Shown: positions 8,952 to 18,701, counted from the stretch's first letter. The stretch is DNA of 64,000 bases from Oscillospiraceae bacterium (GCA_015064185.1 SVSS01000005.1:14198-78197), one strand, 5' to 3'. Notes: generated from the letters alone by a model not told the origin. Program-made: numbers and translations.

Positions 8952-9440
8952 ATGGAACGCGTTTCTAAAACAAATTATTATCTTGATATTGCCCAGACGG
9001 TTGCAGAGCGTGCAACCTGCCTGCGCCGCAAATTCGGCGCTATTATCGTAAAAAATGATGTCATCGTTTCCACGGGCTACAACGGCGCACCGCGCGGTAG
9101 AAAAAACTGCAGTGATCTTGCCTACTGCCAGCGCGAAAAGCTGGGTATCCCGCGCGGTGAGCGCTACGAGCTGTGCCGCTCTGTGCATGCCGAGCAAAAT
9201 GCCATTATCGCAGCACCCCGTGAGCAGATGCTGGGCGCTACTTTGTATATGGCTTGCATTTCGCCTGAGGATGGGTCGCTGTTTGCGGGCTGTAACAGCT
9301 GCATGATGTGCAAGCGCGTGATCCTAAACGCGGGCATCGAAACCGTTGTGGTGCGCGACACTCCTACCGAGTACCGTACCATTCGCGTGGCAGATTGGGT
9401 GGAGGATGACGATTCGCTTTCCGGGAAATTTGGGTACTGA
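8952..9440 (+). CDS. dCMP deaminase (ComEB/cytidine-deoxycytidylate deaminase family)
   Basis: RATCLRR, TGYNG, HAEQNA and CxxC zinc motif. Confidence 0.9.
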   Translation: MERVSKTNYYLDIAQTVAERATCLRRKFGAIIVKNDVIVSTGYNGAPRGRKNCSDLAYCQREKLGIPRGERYELCRSVHAEQNAIIAAPREQMLGATLYMACISPEDGSLFAGCNSCMMCKRVILNAGIETVVVRDTPTEYRTIRVADWVEDDDSLSGKFGY

Positions 9441-9443
9441 TAG

Positions 9444-10070
9444 ATGAAACGCCTGATACTTTTGTTGCTTGCACTTCTTCTTACCTGTACCGCGTGCAAA
9501 GCTAACGAGCATACTGCTTTTTTGCAGGATGCGGATGGCTACGGCTGCACCGATACCGAAACAGGGGTCCATTATACGGCTCTGCCGCTCTACTTTGAGC
9601 CTGCCAAGGTTGGAGGGATCCGCGGGGTGTACACCGAGAAGGGGTCCGAGTACACGCTGACCTATTACGAAATCCCAACGCTTGATCCTTTGCTCTATCT
9701 TGGTGACAGTGAGCGCGGTGTTTGGTGTGCGACACAAACGCTGCCCACCCCTGAGGCGCTTACCCCCACGGCACTTCTTGTTTGTGAGGAGCAGGCTGTC
9801 AGTGTAGAGATCTACCGCTTTTCCGCAGGCACCGACGATGCTGCGATCGCTGAGATCTTGACGCTTTGGTTCGAGGGCGAGGCGACAGAAAAGCCCGAGG
9901 GCGCGCGCAGCTTTACGCGCCGCATCAAGCTGCAATCTGCCGAGCTGCCAAATATCTATTATTGCTTTGATTATTGCATGTGGGGCGAAAGCGCATATTT
10001 TTATGAGATCTTTTCGGGGCGCACCGTGGCTGTGCCCGACGCGCTTGCCGAGAGATTTGTAGAGAAATGA
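9444..10070 (+). CDS. Hypothetical lipoprotein
   Basis: MKRLILLLLALLLTCTAC lipoprotein-type signal; operonic position. Confidence 0.65.
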   Translation: MKRLILLLLALLLTCTACKANEHTAFLQDADGYGCTDTETGVHYTALPLYFEPAKVGGIRGVYTEKGSEYTLTYYEIPTLDPLLYLGDSERGVWCATQTLPTPEALTPTALLVCEEQAVSVEIYRFSAGTDDAAIAEILTLWFEGEATEKPEGARSFTRRIKLQSAELPNIYYCFDYCMWGESAYFYEIFSGRTVAVPDALAERFVEK

Positions 10071-10082
10071 AGGGAGAGGCTT

Positions 10083-10592
10083 ATGCCGAACGTAGCGGAA
10101 TTTGTACTGCAAGCAAAGGATAAGACCGAAGCGCCCCGTGCGCGGCGCGTGCTGTTTGTATGTACGGGAAACACCTGCCGTTCTCCCATGGCTGCCGCCT
10201 TGCTCAATCATATGTCAAGCTTGTACAATGCGGACAAGCCGCAGATCGTGGCTGACTCTGCCGGGCTTTATGCCCCCCAGGGTGCACCGATCTCGCCGCA
10301 CGCCGCTGAGGTGCTTGAGGATGCCGGCGTGGAACGCGCACAGTATGCGGCGCATTGCGCCCGTACCGTAACCGAGGATATGATAAGTGAGGCAGATGAG
10401 GTGATCGGGATCACGGGCGGACATGCGATGGAGCTGATGATGCGCTATCCCCAGCATGCCGTCAAAATTATGACACTCCCGATGGATATTCCCGACCCGT
10501 ACGGCGGCGATAAGGATGCTTACCAAGCGTGTCTTGATATGCTTTCTTACGCCATTACGGTGCGCTACTTTTCGTGTGAGGAAAAAGAATGA
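10083..10592 (+). CDS. Low-molecular-weight protein arginine/tyrosine phosphatase (YwlE-like)
   Basis: VLFVCTGNTCRSPMA P-loop and DIPDPYGG. Confidence 0.9.
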   Translation: MPNVAEFVLQAKDKTEAPRARRVLFVCTGNTCRSPMAAALLNHMSSLYNADKPQIVADSAGLYAPQGAPISPHAAEVLEDAGVERAQYAAHCARTVTEDMISEADEVIGITGGHAMELMMRYPQHAVKIMTLPMDIPDPYGGDKDAYQACLDMLSYAITVRYFSCEEKE

Positions 10593-11023
10593 GAGCTGTG
10601 AGAGTGGAAAAGGAGCATCTTGCGGGCATTGCGGCGCTTGAGGCGCAATGCTTTAAAGAGCCTTGGAGCGAGGGTGCGCTGGCGCTTTTGTTGCGTGAGG
10701 ATGCGTTTGGCTTTGCTTGCCTTGATGATGAGGGCACTCCCGTGGCTTATGCGGGTATGCTCACCGTTCTTGATGAGGGGCAGGTTACCAATGTTGCAAC
10801 CGACCCGGCTTTCCGCCGTCAAGGGCTTGCTGACACGGTGCTGGCTGCCCTGCTTGCTGAGGCGCGCCGGCGCGCGCTTGCTACCGTTTCTCTTGAGGTG
10901 CGCGAGAGCAATCACTCTGCCATTTCACTTTACGAAAAGCACGGCTTTGCGGTGGTTGGCAAGCGCAATCATTTTTATAAGGATCCGCGCGAGCATGCGC
11001 TTATCATGCTTTGTAACTTGTAA
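10589..11023 (+). CDS. rimI: Ribosomal protein S18-alanine N-acetyltransferase (GNAT)
   Basis: PWS, TNVATDPAFRRQGLA, LEVRESN, LYEKHGF, and next to tsaD. Confidence 0.9.
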   Translation: MRAVRVEKEHLAGIAALEAQCFKEPWSEGALALLLREDAFGFACLDDEGTPVAYAGMLTVLDEGQVTNVATDPAFRRQGLADTVLAALLAEARRRALATVSLEVRESNHSAISLYEKHGFAVVGKRNHFYKDPREHALIMLCNL

Positions 11024-11038
11024 ATATAGGTGAATGTA

Positions 11039-12055
11039 ATGTATATTTTGGGAATGGAAACCTCTTGCGACGAAACCTCTGTTGCCGTAGTGCGTGCCGA
11101 GGGAGAGTCGCTTCAAATACAAGCCAATATTGTGGCGTCGCAAATAGAAACACACCGCCTTTACGGTGGAGTTGTGCCCGAGATCGCCAGCCGTGCACAT
11201 ATCGAGGCGATCACAAATATTACCACTGAGGCGCTTGGTGCGGCGGGGATAACGCTTAAGGATATCGGCGCGGTTGCAGTGACCGCATTCCCCGGGCTTA
11301 TCGGTGCACTTCTGGTAGGCGTAAATTTTGCAAAATCCTTTGCGTATGCAAACAATTTGCCCCTTGTGGCTGTCAATCATATTAAGGCGCATGTGGCGGC
11401 CTCTTACCTTGGCGAAAAGCCCCCCAAGCCTCCGTTTCTCGCGCTTGTGGTGTCGGGTGGACACACCTCGCTGTTTGATGTGACCGATTATACCGATTTC
11501 CGTGAGATCGGTGCCACGCGCGACGATGCCGCAGGTGAGGCATTTGATAAGATCGGGCGTGTGATAGGGCTGCCCTATCCCGGCGGCGCGGCGCTTGACC
11601 GCCTTGCGCGCGAGGGCAATGCCGCAGCAATTAAGCTGCCCTCTCCCGCGCTGGGTGGAGAAACGCTGGATCTTTCCTTTAGCGGCCTTAAAACGGCGGC
11701 ACTCAACTATATCAATAACTGTCGGCAGCAGGGCATAGAGGTGCCGCGTGCCGATCTTGCCGCTTCCTTTACCGATGCTGTGGTTGAGGGCATTGCCCGC
11801 AAAACCGAGCAGGCGCTTGACCAAACGGGGCATAGCACCTTGGTTATGGCAGGCGGTGTTGCCGCAAATTCACATTTGCGTGCGCGCCTTGAGGCGCTTT
11901 GCAAAAAGCGCGGCGTAACCTTTACCGTGCCGCCTGTGTCGCTTTGCGGTGACAACGGCGCTATGGTTGCGGCGGCGGGCTATTTTGAATACCGCAAGGG
12001 GAATTTTGCCGACGTATCACTCAATGCCTCGGCGCTTGATCATATTGAGGCGTGA
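11039..12055 (+). CDS. tsaD: tRNA N6-adenosine threonylcarbamoyltransferase
   Basis: ILGMETSCDETS, YGGVVPEIASRAH, VSGGHT, DDAAGEAFDK, DNGAMVA. Confidence 0.97.
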   Translation: MYILGMETSCDETSVAVVRAEGESLQIQANIVASQIETHRLYGGVVPEIASRAHIEAITNITTEALGAAGITLKDIGAVAVTAFPGLIGALLVGVNFAKSFAYANNLPLVAVNHIKAHVAASYLGEKPPKPPFLALVVSGGHTSLFDVTDYTDFREIGATRDDAAGEAFDKIGRVIGLPYPGGAALDRLAREGNAAAIKLPSPALGGETLDLSFSGLKTAALNYINNCRQQGIEVPRADLAASFTDAVVEGIARKTEQALDQTGHSTLVMAGGVAANSHLRARLEALCKKRGVTFTVPPVSLCGDNGAMVAAAGYFEYRKGNFADVSLNASALDHIEA

Positions 12056-12094
12056 ACGGCTGTACCTTTTATCGTGTGTGAGCGCTTGCGGCGG

Positions 12095-12281
12095 TTTTCC
12101 ACAAGAGTTTTCCACAAGGCTGTGGAGAACTGTTTGATTTGAGATTTTATGCAGTCGAATGCAGGCGAATTGTGTAAAAAAATCCCCTTCAAAGCCTTGT
12201 GCTATATGGAAAAATGGGATTTTCTGTGGAAAAGTATGTGGGAAATGTGGATAACTTTTTCCTAGGACAACCTGTGGAAAA
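12095..12281. promoter_or_regulatory. DnaA-box cluster (about 8 boxes)
   Basis: TTTTCCACA at 12095 and 12108 (+). On minus: TTCTCCACA 12121, TTTTACACA 12171, TTTTCCACA 12225, TTTCCCACA 12237, perfect TTATCCACA 12246, TTTTCCACA 12273. Confidence 0.8.
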
Positions 12282-12373
12282 CCCCAAAAATAGGAAAATT
12301 TGGGCGCGGAACAATCGCTTTATGAAGGCACAGGCGCCTGCAAAGCTTGAAATTTGATACTGTGAGGATGATT

Positions 12374-13075
12374 ATGGAAAAGCAAAAAAAATCCAAAATG
12401 CGTGAGATTGGCGTGGGCGAGGTCAGCCCTGCGGTAATTAAAAGATTGCCGCGCTATTTCCGCTATTTGCGCGAGCTTATTCGCAACGGAAAAATGCGCG
12501 TGAGTTCAAGCGAGCTTGCTTCGCTTATGCACGTAACGGCATCTCAAATTCGCCAGGATCTCAATTGCTTTGGCGGCTTTGGTCAGCAGGGCTACGGGTA
12601 TAACGTGAACTATCTGTATGCAAAAATTTGCGAAATTTTGGGTGTTGGAGAGGGCTTCAATGCCATTGTGATCGGCGCGGGTAATCTTGGAAAGGCGCTG
12701 GTGCGTAGTCCGATGTTTGAGAAGCGCGGTGTCAATATTTTGGGGCTTTTTGATGTGGATCCTACGGTCATTGGCAATGTTGTAGGTGATGTAAAGGTCT
12801 ATGATATGTCTGAGCTGGAAGCCTTTTGCGCACATCACGCGGTAGATATTGCGGTTTTGACACTGCCCAAAAATCACGTTGCGGATGTTGCCGAGCGTCT
12901 TTGCGGTATCGGTATTCCCGGCATCTGGAACTTTACGGGTAGCGAATCCGATGCATTCGGCTCGCAGGCTGTGATCGAAAACGTGCATATCGGCGATTCA
13001 CTGATGACGCTTTGCTATGAATTGCGCCGCAGGGAGCTTTCCCCTGAGGAGGATAACAGTAGCCATGAAGCTTGA
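12374..13075 (+). CDS. rex: Redox-sensing transcriptional repressor
   Basis: VIKRLPRYFRYL, SQIRQDLNCFGGFGQQGYGYNV, IGAGNLGKAL, GIWNF. Confidence 0.96.
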   Translation: MEKQKKSKMREIGVGEVSPAVIKRLPRYFRYLRELIRNGKMRVSSSELASLMHVTASQIRQDLNCFGGFGQQGYGYNVNYLYAKICEILGVGEGFNAIVIGAGNLGKALVRSPMFEKRGVNILGLFDVDPTVIGNVVGDVKVYDMSELEAFCAHHAVDIAVLTLPKNHVADVAERLCGIGIPGIWNFTGSESDAFGSQAVIENVHIGDSLMTLCYELRRRELSPEEDNSSHEA

Positions 13076-14036
13076 ATTTGTTTACGGCAATAAGGCCTTG
13101 GTTTTGCCCGCAATCGTCACGGACGTTGCCGCCAACGCAAGTGCCAATGATTTTCGCGTGCTTTGTGCCTTTGCTAAGGATCAAGCGCTGTGCCACGATC
13201 TTTCTTTTGGCGTTGAGGCGGTTGCAAAGGAGCTTTCTCTTACCGCGGCGGCGGTGGAAGCCTCGCTTGCCTTTTGGCGCGGCGCGGGTGTGATCACGCA
13301 AACGGCGGCAGAACAGGGAAAAGAGAACAGAAAGCAGGGCGCCGAAAAGGCGATGAAGCCCACTAAGGCGGCAAAGCCCGTGCCGGATCGTGGATTGCCC
13401 ACGTACAGCACCGAGGAGCTTGCCGATATCGTTGAGGGAAACAAGGACTTTGGCGCACTGATCGCCGCTTGCCAGCAGACCTTTGGTAAGATATTCAACA
13501 CCGCAGAGGTAAATATTATTGCGGGTCTGACCGATTATTTGGGGCTTGAGGGCGATTATATCCTGCTTTTGCTTTTGCACTGCGTGCGTATGGAGAAAAA
13601 ATCGTTACGTTATGCAGAAAAAACAGCCCTGTCGCTGTATGATGACGGTATTACCGATGCCTCTGCTCTTGAGGAGCGCTTGCAGCGCATTGAGATGATG
13701 GCAAGCGCAACGGGTAAGATCCGCACGGTATTTGGTGCCTCGTCACGTGCACTGACAGCCAAGGAAAAGAAAATGATCGAGCAGTGGGTGTGCGTGATGA
13801 AATACGATATTGAGGTGATACGCCTTGCGTACGACGCCACGGTAGATGCTATCCAAAAGCCCTCGTTCTCTTATGCCAATACCATTCTTGAGCGCTGGCA
13901 TGCTGCAGGCTATAAGACCGTAGAGGACGTGAACCGCGCCATGGAAGAATATCGCCGACAAAAGCTTGGTGGCAGCAGCTTTGATGTAGATGATTTCTTT
14001 AGTGCCGCTCTTAAAAATACATACGGAGAAGTATAA
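13065..14036 (+). CDS. DnaD-domain replication/primosome protein
   Basis: Two DnaB_2-like repeats with YAEKTALSLYDDGI and FSYANTILERWHAAG (YxxxILxxW motif). Confidence 0.85.
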   Translation: MKLEFVYGNKALVLPAIVTDVAANASANDFRVLCAFAKDQALCHDLSFGVEAVAKELSLTAAAVEASLAFWRGAGVITQTAAEQGKENRKQGAEKAMKPTKAAKPVPDRGLPTYSTEELADIVEGNKDFGALIAACQQTFGKIFNTAEVNIIAGLTDYLGLEGDYILLLLLHCVRMEKKSLRYAEKTALSLYDDGITDASALEERLQRIEMMASATGKIRTVFGASSRALTAKEKKMIEQWVCVMKYDIEVIRLAYDATVDAIQKPSFSYANTILERWHAAGYKTVEDVNRAMEEYRRQKLGGSSFDVDDFFSAALKNTYGEV

Positions 14037-14038
14037 GA

Positions 14039-15013
14039 ATGGGATATAATCAGGAAAACTACAAGCGTATACGTGAGGAATACCGCACGAAGTATTTGCG
14101 CGCGTATGAGGAAGCCAATCGGCGCATGGCAGAGGTGCATGCAAAATCTCCTGAAATTGCCGCCATTGACCGTGAGCTTTCTATGGCGGGTGCTGAGATC
14201 GCGCTTGCCGTGATCGGAACGGGAGAGGGGTATAAGGAAAAGCTTGCCGCGGCAGAGCAAAAGAACCTTGCCTTGCAGGAAAAACGCGGCGTGTTGCTGC
14301 AAAAGCTGGGATATCCCGCCAACTACACCTTGCCCCCCTATGAGTGTCCCAAATGCAAGGATTTTGGCTTTGTAGATACCAAAATGTGCGATTGCATGCG
14401 CCGCGAGCTGGTGATGGCTGCGTATGAATCCTCAGGGCTTGGCGAGCTGATGCGTACGCAATCCTTTGCCTCCTTTGATCTTTCCTTTTACAGCGCGGAA
14501 AACGGCGATCGTTCCAGAATGCAATATAATCTTGATTTTTTGAAAAGATACGCAGATGAGTTTGATATGCAAGCGGATAATCTGCTGTTCTTCGGGGCTA
14601 CGGGACTTGGGAAAACGCATCTTTCCACCTCTATTGCGCGCCGTGTGATCGAGCGCGGATATGACGTGTATTACACGAGTGCGATCGGCATGTTTTCGGA
14701 TTTTGAGCATGCGCGCTTTGGCAGCGGCGCAGAGCGCGCCGCTGCAGAGCCCACGCGTTATATTGATTGCGATCTTTTGATTCTCGATGACCTTGGCACA
14801 GAGGTGATCAATCAATTTACCACCTCATGCCTTTACATGATTTTAAATAATCGCATCAATTTAAAACGGCCCACAATCATCAATACAAATTTAACAGGCA
14901 AAGAATTGCAGGCAAAATATGCCGATCGTATTGCCAGCCGCCTTTTTGGTGAATTTAAGCCCTTGCAGTTTGTTGGTGTTGATGTGCGTCGACGCAAGCT
15001 AATGGCGAAATAA
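14039..15013 (+). CDS. DnaC/DnaI-like AAA+ helicase loader (IstB-like ATP-binding domain)
   Basis: CPKCKDFG..CDC zinc motif; GATGLGKTHL; LLILDDLGTE; TNL; RIASRL. Coupled to the DnaD gene. Confidence 0.88.
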   Translation: MGYNQENYKRIREEYRTKYLRAYEEANRRMAEVHAKSPEIAAIDRELSMAGAEIALAVIGTGEGYKEKLAAAEQKNLALQEKRGVLLQKLGYPANYTLPPYECPKCKDFGFVDTKMCDCMRRELVMAAYESSGLGELMRTQSFASFDLSFYSAENGDRSRMQYNLDFLKRYADEFDMQADNLLFFGATGLGKTHLSTSIARRVIERGYDVYYTSAIGMFSDFEHARFGSGAERAAAEPTRYIDCDLLILDDLGTEVINQFTTSCLYMILNNRINLKRPTIINTNLTGKELQAKYADRIASRLFGEFKPLQFVGVDVRRRKLMAK

Positions 15014-15030
15014 TTATTGTGATCTATACT

Positions 15031-15081
15031 GCATAAAAAACACGGGATACGCCCAAAATAAGCGTATCCCGTGATTTTTTT
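15031..15081 (+). promoter_or_regulatory. Terminator hairpin overlapping a sigma-G-like promoter
   Basis: Hairpin CACGGGATACGC/GCGTATCCCGTG with T-tract; GCATA-N18-CAAAATA at 15031-15060. Confidence 0.5.
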
Positions 15082-15098
15082 GAAAGGCGGAAGGATTT

Positions 15099-15545
15099 AT
15101 GCAAGCAACCAAGGATACGATCACCGAGGAGAGCTTTCTCGGTGCGATCTATAAGGGTGCCAAAATGGGCGCCGATTCGATCATTAACCTCTTACCTAAG
15201 GTAAAGGATGACGCATTGCGCAGTGCGATGACCATGCAGCTTGACGGCTATGAGAAATATGCCGCACGCGCCGCCAAGGCGCTTGAGTGCCGCGATGTAG
15301 CGCCTAAGGAGGATAATGTTATGGTACGCATGTCAGCCAAGGTTGGTATGGCGATCAATACCATGATCTCCTCTGATACAGGGCATATCGCGGAAATTAT
15401 GATCGGTGGCTCGAATATGGGTATTACCGATATGACCAAGCTTGTCAACAATTATAAGACAACCGACAGCGAGGCAGTACGCCTTGCGCGCGAGATCATT
15501 GCGTTTGAGCAGCACAACATTGAGATCCTCAAGCGCTATCTTTAA
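15099..15545 (+). CDS. Conserved clostridial hypothetical protein (ferritin-like four-helix, possibly spore-associated)
   Basis: 148-aa helical ORF with RBS; IYKGAKMGADSI...SHIAE-like pattern (here GHIAE); forespore-type promoter candidate upstream. Confidence 0.6.
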   Translation: MQATKDTITEESFLGAIYKGAKMGADSIINLLPKVKDDALRSAMTMQLDGYEKYAARAAKALECRDVAPKEDNVMVRMSAKVGMAINTMISSDTGHIAEIMIGGSNMGITDMTKLVNNYKTTDSEAVRLAREIIAFEQHNIEILKRYL

Positions 15546-15548
15546 AAG

Positions 15549-15580
15549 AAAAAATGCTCTGCCGAAGCAGAGCATTTTTT
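15549..15580. terminator. Bidirectional terminator
   Basis: AAAAAATGCTCTGC-CGAA-GCAGAGCATTTTTT between convergent genes. Confidence 0.8.
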
Positions 15581-15588
15581 ATGTTTTT

Positions 15589-17481
15589 TTAAATTTTTTT
15601 GATCAGATTTTGCGCGATCAGATCCTCGGTGGACTGATAGTCGGCAAGGTACTTTTGTGCGGTGAATTTGGGGTTCTTTACAAGCTCGGTCTTCCCGGCG
15701 AGCATTTCGATCAGCTCAAGACCCCACTTTACGCTGCGCTTAGAGGTCAGACGCAGACGGCAGGGAACGGTTTCGTATTTCTTTGCCGAGCCAACATCGG
15801 TAATGTTATACTTGGATTCCTCAAGTTCTGCCGGGTTGATCGCCAGGAACAGGCAAAGCGTTTTACCGCGAATGGCAAACTTAGCAAGCTGTGTACGGCC
15901 GGATTTGAAGGACTCATAGCTCCAGCTGATACGAGCATTGACCTTTTTGTAGGAAAGCAGCGCGTTCTTCAAGATCTCATAGCGCTCCTGTACGTCAGCA
16001 GGTGCTTGGATCATACGTGCGGTGAAGGACTTTTTGTAGGTGGAGTATACGATGTTGCCGGTAGCATCGGTTTCGGCGATCACCAGCTTTTCAGCGCCGG
16101 AGCTATCCTCTACCATGGTATTTACAATAGTGCCGGGAGCTTCCTCAACAACGGGAGCTTCCTCAACAACGGGAGCTTCCTCAACAACGGGAGCCTCTTC
16201 AACAACGGGAGCCTCTTCAACAACAGGAGCTTCCTCAGCAACAGGGGCCTCCTCAGCAACAGGAGCTTCCTCAGCAACAGGAGATTCCTCAGCAACAGGA
16301 GCTTCCTCAGCAACAGGGGCTTCCTCAACAACGGGAGCTTCCTCAGCAACAGGAGCTTCCAGAGCAACAGGAGCTTCTTCAACAACGGGTGCCTCTTCAA
16401 CAACAGGAGCTTCCAGAGCAACAGGAGCCTCTTCAACAACGGGTGCTTCCTTAACAACGGGCGCTGCTACTGCGGGCTTCTTTTTCGCATTTGCTTTTGC
16501 AGCCTTTGCAGCAGCTTCCTTTTTCTTTTGCCTAGAGAGAGTGGAGATGCATACAATAATGGAGAGCAACAACGTGCCTGCAGCAGCGCACAGGAAGATA
16601 AATTGCATGTCGGTAACATAGCCGATATAGGGGAGAACAGGGAGGATCGCGTAGTGCTTCATTCTTGCCTTGTGCTTTGCGGTCTTAACGATCGTGACGA
16701 TCAAAAGCAATGCAGCAATGGCAAACAAGGCACCTGTAACGATCCAGCTGTAATAAGCAATTTTTACAATGCCAAGCGTGCCGTTGTTGAAATTTGAAAC
16801 ATATTTGCTGCTATCGAGATTGGAGATAACGAATTTGCCCTCGGTAGCGTTTACCACAACAGGTGTTTCCTCGGTCACGGTCCAACCGCAAGAAACGCCA
16901 ATAACGTTGCCTGTATAAGCCACAGCATTTTCGGCAGCACCGTCATTGCCGTATACAGTGCCTGCATATGCGGCATAAACGCCACCTGCAATTTCGGGTG
17001 TTCCCGAAAGGTAAAGCTTGCCGGTGCCAAGATTCTGAATGGCATAGGTGTCACCTGAAACGATGCGGCCGCTGTTGACCTTTAAGTTGCCACCCTGCAT
17101 AACAATGGGGGATTTCTGTGCTATGCCCTCTGCTGTTACGATTCCCGTATCAGTCGCGGTGGCTGTGCTGGTGATCGTGATAACACCGGTGGAAAATGTA
17201 AGCGGAGCTTTTACATAAATATAGTAACCGTTGGTATCAAGTGTATAGGTTCCACCCATTTCCAAGCCTTCTTCAACGGTGACGTTGCAGAGTAATTTCA
17301 GCGTTGCGCCCTCGTTTTGCTGTGCCTTGGTTACTGCATCTGCAAAGGTTTCAAACGTGTTTGTTTCTTCACCTACAGTAACCTCTGCTACTTCGGTTGC
17401 GGCTGAAGCCGAAACGCCAAGCAAGGTAAGCATGGTGAAAACCATACACAGTGTTAGGAAACATACAAGAAGCTTTTTCAT
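15589..17481 (-). CDS. Membrane protein: extracellular domain, 2 TM, EEAPV repeat linker, conserved C-terminal globular domain
   Basis: Signal peptide; TM segments; about 18 hexapeptide repeats; C-terminal YKKSFTARMIQA...KNALLSYKKVNARISW...IRGKTLCLFLAINP domain. Confidence 0.8.
   Translation of the reverse strand: MKKLLVCFLTLCMVFTMLTLLGVSASAATEVAEVTVGEETNTFETFADAVTKAQQNEGATLKLLCNVTVEEGLEMGGTYTLDTNGYYIYVKAPLTFSTGVITITSTATATDTGIVTAEGIAQKSPIVMQGGNLKVNSGRIVSGDTYAIQNLGTGKLYLSGTPEIAGGVYAAYAGTVYGNDGAAENAVAYTGNVIGVSCGWTVTEETPVVVNATEGKFVISNLDSSKYVSNFNNGTLGIVKIAYYSWIVTGALFAIAALLLIVTIVKTAKHKARMKHYAILPVLPYIGYVTDMQFIFLCAAAGTLLLSIIVCISTLSRQKKKEAAAKAAKANAKKKPAVAAPVVKEAPVVEEAPVALEAPVVEEAPVVEEAPVALEAPVAEEAPVVEEAPVAEEAPVAEESPVAEEAPVAEEAPVAEEAPVVEEAPVVEEAPVVEEAPVVEEAPVVEEAPGTIVNTMVEDSSGAEKLVIAETDATGNIVYSTYKKSFTARMIQAPADVQERYEILKNALLSYKKVNARISWSYESFKSGRTQLAKFAIRGKTLCLFLAINPAELEESKYNITDVGSAKKYETVPCRLRLTSKRSVKWGLELIEMLAGKTELVKNPKFTAQKYLADYQSTEDLIAQNLIKKI
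16135..16466 (-). repeat. 18-bp coding tandem repeat, about 18 copies (EAPV[V/A][E/L])
   Basis: GGGAGCTTCCTCAACAAC-like units seen directly in the sequence. Confidence 0.9.
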
Positions 17482-17820
17482 TTGGTGATCCTCCTAAATG
17501 TAAATTAACTGTTTAAATGTAAAAAACTGCTTCGTTTGCATCAATATCGCATACCGTTTTCAGCTTTTTTCATTATTAGTTAATTTATTATAGCATAGTT
17601 TTTAAAAAATTGGAAGAGGGTTTTGTGAAAAATATGAAGAAAATCCCTGTTTATCATGAAAAAAAGCTCATTTTTCTTGCATGAAATGCATATTTTTATT
17701 GTTGGAATTCAAAATGTTCAAATACACCGCCAACGGTAGTTGCTTTTTGCTATTTTTGATGTGTTTGAGCGCAAAAATCCCCCGCAACGCTGCTGAATTG
17801 CAACGTGCGGGGGATATGCA

Positions 17821-18300
17821 TTATTTAGAGAAGCCGTGAATAAAGCCGTTTGTATCTGCCGAGCAGATGTCACCGCCGATCACGCGCCCACGGTAAACCA
17901 ATAGGTTGGCAAGAACAGTACCGTCAAAGCCGTCATAATTGGTAACGGTATAGGTGTATCGCTCTACCGTGCGAGAAGCATAGCCTGAGAGATCCAGCCC
18001 CTGTCTTCTTTGCAACTCATTGTAGGATGCAAAAACCTTATCAAACTCGGCGGGAATGGTTACCGTGGTGCTCTCAACAGGAGTGGCATCCACCTCCCAG
18101 CCGAATTGCCCAAGAAACGCCATGCGATCCTCGTTGGTTTTGATCTTATCATAGCAGATCGTTTGTGCTTCACTGTCTGCTTGTGCCGAAACAGGTTGTA
18201 GCTCCGGCACAAACGCAATGAGAGCAATAAGCGTTGCCAGTGAAAGGCAAACCACGCCAAAAAAGCGTATGGTGCCCGCGCGCATCGAATAGATAAACAT
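17821..18300 (-). CDS. DUF4830-like protein
   Basis: FLGQFGWEV, IPAEFDKVFASYNELQRRQGLDL, RYTY and VIGGDI motifs. Sigma-E-like promoter upstream (GTCATATT-N14-CGTATAGT on minus). Confidence 0.75.
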   Translation of the reverse strand: MFIYSMRAGTIRFFGVVCLSLATLIALIAFVPELQPVSAQADSEAQTICYDKIKTNEDRMAFLGQFGWEVDATPVESTTVTIPAEFDKVFASYNELQRRQGLDLSGYASRTVERYTYTVTNYDGFDGTVLANLLVYRGRVIGGDICSADTNGFIHGFSK

Positions 18301-18380
18301 ATATCAAAGCCTCCTTGCCGTATATTCCTATCCGTTACACTATACGTTGGAGGATTTCAAAATATGACTTTCGGCTCGAA

Positions 18381-18701
18381 TGCGAACCTAATTCTGCGTC
18401 GCTTCGCGGGCACTAGGGTATTCGCGCGTTGCGCGAAGATACCCACCGCTTGCCGCTTACGAGCGAGCTCGACGCGCTCTGCGCGGGGGTATGCGAACCT
18501 AATTCTGCGTCGCTTCGCTATGCACTAGGGTATTCACGCTTCGCGTGAAGATTTTTGCTCGCGGCTCTCGTGAGCGAGCTCCCATCGCCTTGCTCGCAAA
18601 ATGCGAACCTAGCTCCACAACGCTTCGCGTTGCGTAGCAACCTTTCGAAGCGTTAGTGCCCCAGCCAACGCAAAAAGGACACCCGAAGGTGTCCTTTGCG
18701 T
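18381..18701 (-). repeat. tRNA-Gln(CTG)-linked repeat array: inverted tRNA 3' end plus about 110-bp units containing split T-arm halves
   Basis: TAGTGCCCCAGCCA inverted copy at 18654-18667; TGCGAACCTA at 18381, 18492 and 18602; GCACTAGGGTATTC at 18410 and 18522. Confidence 0.8.

Noticed and set aside
12095-12281. Calling the DnaA-box cluster oriC
   Set aside because: No dnaA/dnaN nearby and no clear unwinding element or DnaA-trio run. Highly expressed genes to the right (nifJ, gdhA, pnp, rpsO, rnpB, ppdK, three tRNAs) point back toward it. Not excluded without genome-wide skew.
13065-15013. IS21 istB or prophage replication module
   Set aside because: No istA, terminal repeats or phage genes; a DnaD plus DnaC-like pair in a housekeeping context is normal for Clostridia.
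15442-16797. Plus-strand ORFs with NNGSFL/STTGAS repeats, and minus-strand ORFs at 51105-52036
   Set aside because: These are alternative-frame readings of the coding tandem repeats in the EEAPV protein and in FtsK.
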